A stretch of 64,000 nt of DNA from the human T2T-CHM13v2.0 reference genome, Homo sapiens. The first letter of the stretch is position 1, and each line of letters opens with the position of its first letter. Where the stretch lies: the NCBI RefSeq assembly GCF_009914755.1, contig NC_060938.1. One strand, 5' to 3'. A program made the position numbers and the translations under genes. This document shows positions 31,802-48,486 of the stretch, piece by piece. The notes under the pieces are model-generated. The model was not told the origin of the DNA. It saw only the letters and a list, made by a program, of their open reading frames with translations, and did not search any database.

Positions 31802-32887
31802 TTAATAGTAAAAGAGGGAGATTTGGGACATGTCTGAGGCCTTGTGCCTCAACCTAATATCAAAATGCCTGGTGGAGGAGATAAATAGTAGAGATTCCAG
31901 GTAAGTGTGAAAATCTCCAGTGAAAAGGAGCTTGTATTTTTCTTCCTGACTGGAGTTCTATTCCACCAACAGACAGCTATATAAGTAGATAGTAGCAGGG
32001 AGATGGCCCAAGAGAACACCTGCTCACCCTCACTCACATGTACCAGAGTATGGCTGGGGAGCTGGGAAGAGCTTCAAGAGGTTTCAAAACCCTTAGTGAA
32101 GGGTCCAGAAGGTGTCTGAAAATTACAAGACAAAACACTGAGCTTAACCCAATTGAGTGGCTGTGTACAGCACACAGCCAGCGGCCAGAGGGTAGACCAG
32201 ATGAGTTTTGGAAGACCACCGGGCCACTGTGAGCAGATGTGGAACCTAGCCAGCAGGGGGTCATGGCTGGCCTCTCCTGGAGCACCCCCAAGAGAAACAG
32301 CCCACAAGATACAGAAATAACAGATAGTGAGGAAAAGGCTGATGGCCAAAAGCCAAATGGAATTGCCTTCCAGCCAAAAGCCAGTGATGACCAAACGCCT
32401 CTTCCTTGATCTTAGGACCACATGAAAGCTCCACAAGGGTTTGATCACTCTCAGGAAAGGGGCAGAAGAGGGGCACAGATTCTAGAGAAAACCACTTGGG
32501 TTTACATCTCAAGTCTGCCAGTAAGCGCTGTGTGACCTTGAGCAAGTTTTTTAAACAATCTGTGCCTTAGTTTCCTCATTGACAAAATGGCAATAATAAC
32601 GGCACCTATCTTATGGGTTATCCTTCGCACATAGAACCATGCTTGGTGCAGGATGAGCACTCAATTCATGTTGCCAGGTAGTAATAAAAACATTATTAGA
32701 CATTATCAGTAAAGACATATTAGTAATAAAGATGTTATTAATGCACGTGATGATATATTTGTATACAATCTGTACAGTGCAATCTGTGGGTATCACTACT
32801 TACCAGTTGTGCAACCTGTCACAGGTCTTTGAGCCTTAGTTTCCTGGTATGTAAAATGTAGATAATAATGTGGATGTAGGGTACCAG

Positions 32888-33022
32888 GGTCAGGCATGGT
32901 GGCTCACACCTGTAATCCCAGTGCTTTAGGAGGCCAAAGCAGGAGGATCACTTGAGCCCAGGAGTCAAGACCAGCCTGGGCAACAAAGTGAGACCTTGTC
33001 TCTGCAAAAATAATAATAATAA
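32888..33022 (+). mobile_element. FLAM_C-like Alu monomer within a MIR-rich region (about 32480-33330)
   Basis: Single Alu arm; flanking MIR core motifs (tgtgaccttgagcaag, ccttagtttcctcat). Confidence 0.85.
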
Positions 33023-35299
33023 TGTGGAGTACCTGATAGACAATGAAGAGTTGGAGAGTAATGCCTCTCATTTGAATGACAGCCAGCACTTACAGGGCAT
33101 ATATTAAGCGCCAAGCAGTGTTCTAAATATATTATAGGTACTCAATTGTTTAATCTTCATACAACTCTATGAAGTAGGTGCCTATGATTTTCCCCATCTT
33201 GCAGCTGAAGAAAGAGGCCCAGAGAAGTTAAGAAATGTGTCCAGTGTAATTCGACTGGGAAATGGCAAAGCTGGGCTTTGAATCTGTACAGTGTTCCAGA
33301 GTCTGTGCTCCTATACATTTCACCCTGCCATTCCTCTGCTGTTTGCATTTGTGCTTAAAGTCAACATCAGTGGAGTCTTGTCCCCTAAAAGATATGGAAC
33401 ATATCTGTTTTTCCTTCTTCACTAGATGAAAATATATTTGATTATATTTTAAAAAGAAAATGTCTGAATCTAAACTCTGCTGCATTACCTCTACTGGAAA
33501 TAGCAAATACTCAGACATAGATACTTAGAAATATCTGAGACACCACTATTTCTAACGTTTACCAAGCTGTTTATCCCCACAGAAGAAGCCCCCCACTCAG
33601 ATAAGTAATTCACTCAAGCATGGAAACTGAGTAGGAGAGAATTTTTAACATTTTAGAATCTTCCACTAGATATCACTTTCTGACATAAATTCCCCTGACT
33701 ATGGGTCTAGTGCTTTTGCTGGATCAAAAGTATTACTGCACTTTTAAATCTATACTTAGGTTGTGACCAAAATGAAAATGTGGCCAAAATATTAAATATT
33801 CTGCAAGAAATAGGTTAAAAATGTGGTCACATGTGAAGATGCTAGGATGAGGTGACCTCAAAATCCCACCCAACCTTTCTTGTTGTGCTATAGAATCCAT
33901 AATTGCTGCTTTTAAAACAGTTGACTTACAGAGCATATAAAGAATTTCATTTATTTATAATTTTTTATGGGAACTCAGACTTTGAAAGTCTTTCATGCAT
34001 GGTGTGCAGCTGAAGTCATTTTTCAATTTTGTACCCTTTCGGCAAACTATGTTTTACTTTTGGGGTCCAATTATTTCAGACATGAGCAAGGATTACCTTT
34101 TAAAATCAAGGACTAAAGCTTGGGTGTTGATAGAAAAAAATCACATAAAGAATTATTAATAGAAAAGTTCAGAATTTAAAGTGGAGAAAGATACTAAAAG
34201 CCTTGAGTTTCCTATTACAGAAGGAGCTACTGCCTCCCTGCGGTGATGAAGTGTCAGTGCCTTCAAACTACATTTGTCTCTTGATTGAAGTTTAGTTATC
34301 CTTAGCACTTTCAGATATGAAAAGCTTTCCTCTTTCTTTTTAGTTTATCCCTCTCGAATTTCTTTCTTTCGTCATTCTCTTATTTGCTCAAAGAAGCTTT
34401 AATAATATTAAAAAACAGAGTGAATTTAAAATGTTCACTCAGTTCAAAAGCTATTTCAGCAACCCTACAAATAAGTACAAAGTGAAAATAATAGAGAGAA
34501 ATGTAATATCTCCCAATAGAACAAAAAAGCGCAGAATAATTTGTGACTCCCAACACAAATTTTCACAACCCTTCTAAAATTTAATAGTAAAGAACACTTG
34601 GCTAGAAATAAAATTGTAATATTAATTTTTTTAAATCACAAGATTCAGAAATAAGGGAGAATACACGCTAATGTATATAAGTCATCTAACACATGGAAAA
34701 ATATTTCATTGATTATTTTAAATGAAATTACAATTTTCTTTCCAGGGAGTGTTTTGGGAAGATAATTGATTAAATCCTGTATGCTTCTCTCCCCGCAGAT
34801 ATCTGAGTGGTAGGTTAGTTCTAACTTTCTACAATCATGAGCAAGTGCTATTTTTAGTACAAGGTACTGCTCCATAAGTCATATTTATCCCTAGTCTATC
34901 AGCAGGTATGTAACCTACATACTACTGCATATAACATTATTGAATGATAATATCCCTGAGCTATTTTTTTAGCCACAACTGCCAAAAAATACCTACTGAT
35001 GTTATGCAAGATGTTATAAAGTTGTGCAAAGGAGTGTCCATGTTTGGCTCAGACTCCAGGCAAGTAGGGCATTTCTTCACTAGAACACCCTTCCTGTGGC
35101 TACAGCCCACAAAAAAATCCCCACACTGCAGAGTGGACACAGCAGGCAGAAAGAACACGAACACACAACACTGCAGAAAGCTGTAGCAGCATCTCATTAT
35201 TTTTATTAACAAGAATAGTAGACAGATGGCCTCATCCAGCATTTTGGAGAAAAGCATGGCCTTTCATTAGAATCCGTTGATAAGGATTCAGCTCTTAAG

Positions 35300-35505
35300 G
35301 TCTCTCTCTCTCTGTCTCTCTCTGTCTCTCACTCTCTCTCTCTCTCTCTCTTTCTTCACGGGCTGTCACTCTGCTGCCTAGGCTGGAGTGCAGTGGCATG
35401 ATCATAGCTCCGTTCGGTTTTAAACACATGGGTTAAATCGATCTCCCACCTCAGCCTCCCAAGTAGCTGAGACAACAGGCATGCACCACCATTCCTGGCT
35501 CAGCT
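35300..35505 (-). mobile_element. Alu right monomer with (TC)n-expanded tail
   Basis: Antisense Alu arm preceded by TC repeat. Confidence 0.8.
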
Positions 35506-35883
35506 CCTAAGGTTTAGTAAATCCTGTGAGTAAAAATAAACGTCTAGGTAAGAAGTGTATATCCCAGAGCCAACACAGTGGGGCAAGCATTGAGTGGGTG
35601 GGGCCTAGGAGAAACTCTTCATGTGCTGGGAGAAGAACACATCAGAGAACAGAACCATTCCCAAGACATACTGATGAGCAAGTATCCCTGAGAGAAGAAC
35701 CAGAGAATGACAATGGAATTCTCCATGTGTGTATCATTTATACTTTTCTTGTGGATAAATGTATAACAAGTGGCTTGGACTAAGATGCCAAGATAACAGA
35801 TAGCAAATTCCAAGTGAGCTATAAGATGGATTACCGGTTATACAGGGGTAGAGCCAAGATGGCTGAATAGGAACAGCTCTGGT

Positions 35884-36303
35884 CTACAGCTCCCAGCGTG
35901 AGCGACGCAGAAGACAGAAGATGGGTGATTTCTGCATTTCCATCTGAGGTACCAGGTTCATCTCACTAGGGGGTGCCAGACAGTGGGCGCAGGACAGTGG
36001 GTGCAGCGCACCTTGCGCGAGCCGAAGCAAGGCGAGGCATCGCCTCGCTCGGGAAGTGCAAGGGGTCAGGGAGTTCCCTTTCCTAGTCAAAGAAAGGGGT
36101 GACAGACCGCACCTGGAAAATCGGGTCACTCCCACGCTAATACTGCGCTTTTCCAACGGGCTTAAAAAACGACACACAAGGAGATTATACCCCGCACCTG
36201 GCTCGGAGGATCCTAGGCCCACGGAGTCGCGCTGATTGCTAGTACAGCAGTCTGAGATCAAACTGCAAGGCGGCAGTGAGGCTGGGGGAGGGGCACCTGC
36301 CAT
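35884..36303 (-). CDS. L1 antisense ORF0, open, 139 codons (MAGAPPPASLPPCSLISDCC...)
   Basis: Internal Met of ORF-track 35884..36372; context gcaATGg; matches the known ORF0 N-terminus. Expression not shown. Confidence 0.55.
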   Translation of the reverse strand: MAGAPPPASLPPCSLISDCCTSNQRDSVGLGSSEPGAGYNLLVCRFLSPLEKRSISVGVTRFSRCGLSPLSLTRKGNSLTPCTSRARRCLALLRLAQGALHPLSCAHCLAPPSEMNLVPQMEMQKSPIFCLLRRSRWEL

Positions 36304-36881
36304 TGCCCAGGCTTGATTAGGTAAACAAAGCAGCCGGGAAGCTCCAACTGGGTGGAGCCCACCACAGCTCAAGGAGGCCTGCCTGCCTCTGTAGGCTCCA
36401 CCTCTGGGGGCAGGGCACAGACAAACAAAAAGACAGCAGTAACCTCTGCAGACTTAAATGTCCCTGTCTGACAGCTTTGAAGAGAGTAGTGGTTTTCTCC
36501 CAGCACGTGGCTGGAGATCTGAGAACGGGCAGACTGCCTCCTCAAGTGGGTCCTTGACCCCCAAGCAGCCTAACTGGGAGGCACCCCCCGGTAGGGGCAG
36601 ACTGACACCTCACACGGCCCGGTACTCCTCTGAGACAAAACTTCCAGAGGAACGATCAGGCAGCAGCATTTGCGGTTCACCAAGATCCACTGTTCTACAG
36701 CCATCACTGCTGATACGCAGGCAAACAGGGTCTGGAGTGGACCTCTAGCAAACTCCAACAGACCTGCAGCTGAGGGTCCTGTCTGTTAGAAGGAAAACTA
36801 ACAAACAGAAGGGACATCCATACCAAAAACCCTTCTGTACGTCACCATCATCAAAGACCAAAAGTAGATAAAACCACAAAG

Positions 36882-37898
36882 ATGGGGAAAAAACAGAGCA
36901 GAAAAACTGGAAACTCTAAAAAGCAGAATGCCTCTCCTCCTCCAAAGGAACGCAGCTCCTCACCAGCAACGGAACAAAGCTGGATGGAGAATGACTTTGA
37001 CGAGCTGAGAGAAGAAGGCTTCAGATGATCAACCTACTCCAAGCTACAGGAGGAAATTCAAACCAATGGCAAAGAAGTTAAAAACTGTGAAAAAAAATTA
37101 GACTAATGGATAACTAGAATAACCAATGCAGAGAAGTCCATAAAGGAGCTGATGGAGCTGAAAGCCAAGGGTCGAGAACTACATGAAGAATGCCGAAGCC
37201 TCAGGAGCCGATGCGATCAACTGGAAGAAAGGGTATCAGTGACGGAAGATGAAATGAATGAAAAGAAGCGAGAAGAGAAGTTTAGAGAAAAAAGAATAAA
37301 AAGAAACGAACAAAGCCTCCAAGAAATATGGGACTATGTGAAAAGACCAAATCTACGTCTCATTGGTGTACCTGAAAGTGACGGGGAGAATGGAACCAAG
37401 TTGGAAAACACTCTACAGGATATTATCCAGGAGAACTTCCCCAATCTAGAAAGGCAGGCCAACATTCAGATTCAGGAAACACAGAGAACGCCACAAAGAT
37501 ACTCCTTGAGAAGAGCAACTCCAAGACACATAATTGTCAGATTCACCAAAGTTGAAATGAAGGAAAAAATGTTAAGGGCAGCCAGAGAGAAAGGTCGGGT
37601 TACCCACAAAGGGAAGCCCATCAGACTAACAGCGGATCTTTCGGCAGAAACTCTACAAGCCAGAAGAGAGTGGGGGCCAATATTCAACATTCTTAAAGAA
37701 AAGAATTTTCTACCCAGAATTTCGTATCCAGCCAAACTAAGCTTCATAAGTGAAAGAGAAATAAAATATTTTAAAGACAAGCAAATGCTGAGAGATTTTG
37801 TCACCACCAGGCCTGCCCTAAAAGAGCTCCTGAAGGAAGCAGTAAACATGGAAAGGAACAACCGGTACCAGCCGCTGCAAAAACATGCCAAAATGTAA
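36882..37898 (+). pseudogene. L1 ORF1 (338 codons) with premature stops at codons 49 and 75
   Basis: ATG GGG AAA at 36882; in-frame TGA 37026-37028 and TAA 37104-37106; ORF-track 37152..37898 is the remainder. Confidence 0.93.
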
Positions 37899-37961
37899 AG
37901 ACCGTCAAGGCTAGGAAGAAACTGCATCAACTGACAAGCAAAATAACCAGCTAATATCATA

Positions 37962-41785
<3,824 letters not shown>

Positions 41786-43278
41786 ACAGTGAGAACACAT
41801 GGACACAGGAAGGGGAACATCACACTCCGGGGACTGTTGTGGGGTGGGGGGAGGGGGGAAGAATAGCATTAGGAGATATACCTAATGCTAAATGACGAGT
41901 TAATGGGTGCAGCACACCAACATGGCACATGTATACATATGTAACAAACCTACACGTTGTGCACATGTACCCTAAAACTTAAAGTATAATAATAATAAAA
42001 TTTAAAAAATATATTTAAAAAAAAAGACAGATTACCACGGAGAAAAGTAGATGAGGTGGTGCATGTTTCCACCTAGCACAGGACCTAGCCATTGTTAAAC
42101 AGGGTTTTGTCTATGGCTTATAGTGACCTTTAAGTCTATTAGATAAAAGTGACCCGAAATCAGTCTGCTAGAGTCTTTACCATTAGTTGGGGAGGCTGGA
42201 AGAGAGTATAATTAGTCTACTTAATTATCATTATTCTTACTAAGGAAACTTTTTCCTATCAAGTCATTTCATAGGTTCAGCAACCAGTCTATGGATTAGG
42301 TGCCCTTAGGAAACTTGATCCCACCCCTTTGCTTAAGGAAGAGACGGAGGCTGGCTCCTTAGTCCAGCAGAGAGATGCAAGCAGGAGGATGTGGACATGC
42401 TGATTGACATGACTAGTATACTAATGTTAAGAATTAGGGTTTTCTACTCTGTACAGATAACTTTAGACTTTATTAATTAACAGATCTTATCTGCTATGGG
42501 AACAGATCCAAATTTAACATACAGCATAGCTACATTATAATTAAACACATTTTGTGATCACATCCTTCTTAATAAATAAAAGTAAGCTCTGGACATGTTT
42601 AAACATGTTTCTATTTGACAATCACAGCTTCAGTAATCTATTTAATAATAAGAAATCCCCGAATCACTCCACAGAGCTATTATTTTGTGGAAGGTCCTGC
42701 AGAAAGGGGAGGATTTTTAACCCAGTTAGTTTCCTTCAACAGATACAGGCAGATTCTTAAGTGTTACAGATAGCTAATGATACCAACTTAAAACCAAAAG
42801 GGGCAGATGGGGAAGCAGATGTAGCTGTCACCGTATATATAGGCTGAGTACGCACAGCAGGTGCACTGAATGTTCTTGCCAAAGAACCTGCAATAATAAA
42901 ACATTAGCTCCCTGAAACCATGCTGGACTTTAGACTCCAAATGGAAAATAATCATTAGAGTCATTTACAACAAGCCATGTCAGAAGTGTGTATGGCACTC
43001 AATAAGTAAATATAATTTAAAAGGCCCAATGTAAATATGCAAGAAGATAAGAAGAGTCACCACATAACAAACACAAAAATAGAAGTCTGTTGGTCCAAAG
43101 TCTGCTCAGAGACTGTCACATTTACTTCTCTAACTCCAGGCAGAGTGATGTCTATCTATACTGTAATAGTTAGCTAATCAATTAACAAACATACCTAATT
43201 AAGAACATTGCATAACATGCCTTGGCAATGTATTTTATGGTCCTAAAAAGTAGGAGATATCTTCCTTAAAATAATTAA

Positions 43279-43587
<309 letters not shown>

Positions 43588-44119
43588 AAAAGACAATTAT
43601 TAATCAAGCCATTTCACAATTTATTACTTAGAATCTTATTTTCTCAACATCCCTATTAAATTAAGAACCTAACTCTAGGTTTTCATCAAAACCCTGAATT
43701 CAATGATAACATTCTCTTCAGTTACATGATCTTGTACTACCATTAATATTTCAGCAACCTGATGGCCTTTTTAATAGAAATACTCCTTGCTGAAAAAGAT
43801 ATACTTGATAAATCAATAGGCTTAATGTTCTCATTAAAAATAGAATTTTAGAATTAAACATTGCAGGAGACCATACAGGATGGCATAATCTGTGCTCGAC
43901 AAAGAAGGATTGTGTCTGACTGTGCTCCCTAACTACCTTATTAGTATTTAGTAAATAATTAAAGAAGAGCAATTTCATCTATTCTCATAACTTCAGCTAT
44001 TATTCCATGCTATGGCTCCCAAAACTGAGTCTCCTGAGTCCAAAATGCACATTTCCAAGTGACTGCTGGACTTCTTCCTATGGGAATCCCAAAACATGAC
44101 AACGCTGCTCTTAGCTGAC

Positions 44120-44275
44120 ATTGCCATTTACATTGTGGTCTGCCTGCCACAGCAGCAGCACTGATATCACCTGAGAGCTTGTTAGAATGCAACGCCTCAG
44201 ACCTACTCGATGGAAATCTGCATTTTATCATTATTCCTTGAGGATTCATGTTCAAGTTTGAGAAGCACTGCTCTG
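44120..44275. mobile_element. MER5A-like DNA transposon
   Basis: atcacctgagagcttgttagaatgc...aaatctgcatttta...aagtttgagaagcactg. Confidence 0.75.
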
Positions 44276-45598
44276 TGATTCTTTCATCTCTTCTTTACAA
44301 ATGTTTTCAAACATGCAGAATACCTAACCTATTAGCATCTCACAAGGATTTGATAAAGATTAATTTTTAAACCTCTGCAGATTTACTTTTAAATTGCCTT
44401 GAAGAAAAGGCTCTAAGCCACTAAATAAAGTGAAATGTGATCCTTCCTTATTGGAGGTTCTTTATTCAGTATACTTATCACTTCAAAGTGACATCTTTAC
44501 TGCTACTCATAAGTAATCTTCAGATTTGTTATTCTTAGAAAAAGTTCTAATCTCTACAAAAATTGTTGATTTTGTCAATTTTCCTATTTTGCCAAAACAA
44601 ACAGTGCCGTCCCCAGAACAGGTTAAATGTACACACAGGATCATTCTGTGGATGCTTCACCCTGTACCCTGTTAAGGCAGTTGAGCAAGATCTTGACCAG
44701 AAGAGAAAACAGCAGCTTCCCCAGCACAGCAGGCCACACTTTCCACAGGAAACAGACTCATAACACCAAGCTCTACAATGTACTTTTCTTCACTTAAATA
44801 CACAGTTATTGCAGTTGGAAAATATACAGTTCTGTGGAGAGTGTGTCCACGATGTCCTGCTTGGGAGCATTCTTCTAATTGGCAAACACCTGCTACATAA
44901 CTGTCTACCCACTTTCTTTTAATGACAGTATCAAAGACTGCCAGATGGCCTTTTAGGTGAAAGCTAATAGCCCCTCAGATTGTGTTATTGTGTAAAATGG
45001 AGTTAAGTATTTCCCCATAAAATTCTGGTCAAAGTTGACTTTGGTATGTCATATACAAATCCTTCCTAACTCAGCAACATTCTTTTCTCTAAAGGTAAAA
45101 GTCACTCACAGCATTCAGCAACTTACAGCTGTGTTGTTTGACTTATCACTGAAGGTATTTTACAGAGGTCAGGTGACCAACAGTGATATTGTGAAGGGAT
45201 CCTTGAATGAATTGGGTAAAGAGATAGGACTTAACAATTTCAATTGACCCTTTTAACTCCGAAAGTCCAGTTTCCCAAACTGTATTCATGAGTGGTGAAT
45301 GTATGATGATTGTTACATCAAGTCTCACTTGAAATTCATTAGAGGAAAAGTAGATGGATCTTGATCATTAAATAACTAAGCAATTATGCTTCTTAATTGG
45401 CCTGGGCAAAAAACTTTGAATAATTTTTAAGACTAACATAAAAAAAAAACACATGTATTTTACACTTATCAGAAGAATTGATATTCAATTTTCTTCTTAG
45501 CTTTAGAAATGGATTAATACTTTCAAACTATCACTTTTTTGCTTTTATGAACGACTCCATTGATTCGTTTTGCTCATCTCATTAAAATTCTGATTTTA

Positions 45599-45755
45599 AG
45601 CCAGGCACGGTGGCTTGCACATGTAATCCTGGCTATTCAGAAGGCTAAGACAGAAGGATCACTTGAGGCCAGGAGATTGAGACGAGCCTGAGCACTACAG
45701 CAAGATCCTGTCTCTAAAAAAAAACAAACAAAAAAACAAAAAAACAGAAAAAGAA
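45599..45755 (+). mobile_element. FLAM-like Alu monomer
   Basis: Single arm, A tail, TSD aaaattctgaYttta. Confidence 0.85.
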
Positions 45756-47052
45756 AAATTCTGACTTTATCATTATCTCCTTTCCCTTTCTTTCTTTAGA
45801 TTTATTTGTTCTCCTTTGCTGTTTTCTTGGGTTGAATGCAACATTTACTTCTTTTCAATTCTTTCTCCAGTTGCATTTAAAACAACTTATTTCTGTGTAA
45901 TAATCCCTTTTCAATACAAATTTTGGCATATTTTTACTGTTCAGTTCTAAACGTATTATGATTTTCATTGAAATTTCTCAACTTATGAGTAAATCAAACC
46001 TGATTGATTGGTTTCCTAACGATTTAACAAGGATAGAGCAGTAGGTTTGAATTGTATTATCACCCCATGCCAGCAATTATAAACAAATGCAGTAATAAAA
46101 TACTCCAACCTGAAAAAACTTTTATTGGTCTACGATCTATACAATTGCTGTAGTTACTCCCTGAGTTTTAATAATGTGTGTGTAACCGTCTGATTAGTAC
46201 ATTTTTATAAGTTATCTTTCAATAAACATTGTGTTCTACATGGAACTTAATTCAGAGAACCCCCAGTTATACAATGTGTCCTGAACATACATGGATACCC
46301 TTACATTTAGAAAGTAAGTTAGTAACAATTTTTGAATAATTTCCCCTCTCTTAGAGTTGCAGTTTGTGTCTTGAATATCTATGGCACTACATTTTTTTTG
46401 AACTGTTTTTTAAAACTAAAGGACTAACCAAAAAAACATATCATTCCATCAGTGGTGCAATTTAAGTTTTTCCCGCTGTGAAGTTTTAGATAAGATTAAT
46501 CGGAGACCAAAATATTTGCAAACAGTACAAATCAGGCTTGAACAATGTAGAGTAAAATACTGAGCTTTAAAATTGCTCCTTAAAAATTAGTACACAGAAA
46601 ATGTAGAAAAAGGTAGGCAATAACAAAATGTAAGAAAAGACATATAGAAAAAAAAACCGAGTCTCAAAGAAAAGCAACAGAAGATGCTGGTCAGTATAAT
46701 CCATAGGTAGGGAAGAAAAAAAAATCAAAAATATTTAGTAATGTAACTTCAGTGTTGCATACCTTAATATTATTCTATTCACTGAATAATAATACATTAC
46801 GCCTAGAACAGCAGTTGTTTCAATAGATAAACAAAGGAGGAAGAATAAACAGAAGAAAGGAGACTTAATTTCATAAACTATTAAAAAGCAAACAAGAAAA
46901 ATAGAAACATCTGTAAAATAACTTGATAAAATCATCAAGATGAATGCAAGTCAAGCATTTGAAGAGCACAAAAAATACATATGCATGTATACTGGATACA
47001 TGGGAAATGAAAATAAAAATGTAAAATGGATGTTAGAAAGGAAATAATATAC

Positions 47053-47197
47053 AGCTGGGCGAGATGTCTCATGCCCTGTAATCCTAGCACTTTGGAAGGC
47101 CGAGGCAGGAGGATTTCTTGAGGCCAAGAGTTCAAAACCAACCTGGCCAACAAAGGGAGACCTCGTCTCTATTTTTTTTTAATTTAATAAAAGATAA
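47053..47197 (+). mobile_element. FLAM_C-like Alu monomer
   Basis: Single arm; TSD agaaaggaaataat. Confidence 0.85.
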
Positions 47198-48100
47198 AGA
47201 AAGGAAATAATCCTAATTTGTCAGCAGTTTAAAAATAACTGAAAAAATACCATGTTCATTTAAAATAAAAGCAAGTGCAATAAGCCATGGAATTTAATTT
47301 GTAGTGGCCAGTAAAGAATGCATTTGCTTTTGACACTATATAGATACCAAATACCACACCTAAATTAATGCTTGGGTACAACTAGAACCCCTCCCCAATA
47401 CACCTTTTTAACTGTGTCTTTTATACCATTTTTCTAGGAGAGAACTGGGGTATGATCTGATATATAGTATTCAATGTTACCAGGCCAAAGTGTCTGGACT
47501 TTATTGGGTGGGCAAAAGGCAATTACTGAATGAGACCTGTATTCAGAAATAGCACTCTTGTTGCAGTGTGTAAAGTGAATTGAAAAGAGGGATAGAGAAT
47601 AGGAGACTGGAGAAAGTAGGCTAGTTAGGAGGGTATTTCACCAAACCATGTGAGATATAATGAAGGCAGAATAGCAGTAGGATAGAGAACTGGAAACAGA
47701 TTATGGAAATACTAGAGAGGTTGAATTTGTACAACGTGGTTACCAAAGATGTTGAGGAGAGTAAGAGTTGAAAATGATTCTTTGGTTTCTGGCCTGAACT
47801 GGACAACTAAGTACACTCATTAGATGCAGTCTCTGAGTCTGGGGATATGAGAGGGAAGTCTATCAACTGGGGAACTAAATAGAGAAATGTCAGCTCAGTT
47901 TTGGAATCTGCCAATAAAAGAATAAATTTATCCTGTTACACCAAAATATCTGTGTACACAGATGATGTCTAAGATCATTTTTAGAGATTATGCCAATAGA
48001 GGTAGTAGGTTCAAAAATGAATTCCAAAATAGTTCCGGGTAATATACCAAAGCCTCTCAGTGCTGCTAATAATTTAGCAAATATTCTTTACCTGTCCTGC

Positions 48101-48467
48101 TGTATTAGTCTGTTTTCACATTGCTATAAAGAACTACCTGAGACTGGATAATTTTTGGAGAAAAGAGGTTTAATCGACTCACAGTTCCACAGGTTTAACA
48201 GGAAGCTTGACTGGGAGGCTTCAGGAAACTTACAGTCACGGCAGAAGGTGAAGGGGAAGCAAGCACGTCTTACCATGGCAGAGCAGGAGAGCGAGAGAGC
48301 AAAGGGGGAAGTGCCACACACTTTTAAACAATCAGATCTCACGAGAACTCAATATTATGAGAACAGCCAAGGGGGAAATCCGCCCCGACGATCCAGTCAC
48401 CTCCCACCAGGCCTCTCCTCTAATTTGACATGAGATTTGGGCAGGGACACAAATCCAAACCATATCA
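48101..48467 (-). mobile_element. MSTA-type MaLR LTR
   Basis: tgtattagtctgttttcacattgctataaagaactacctgagactgg...caaaccatatca. Confidence 0.9.
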
Positions 48468-48486
48468 TCTACGTTCTTTAAAAGGG

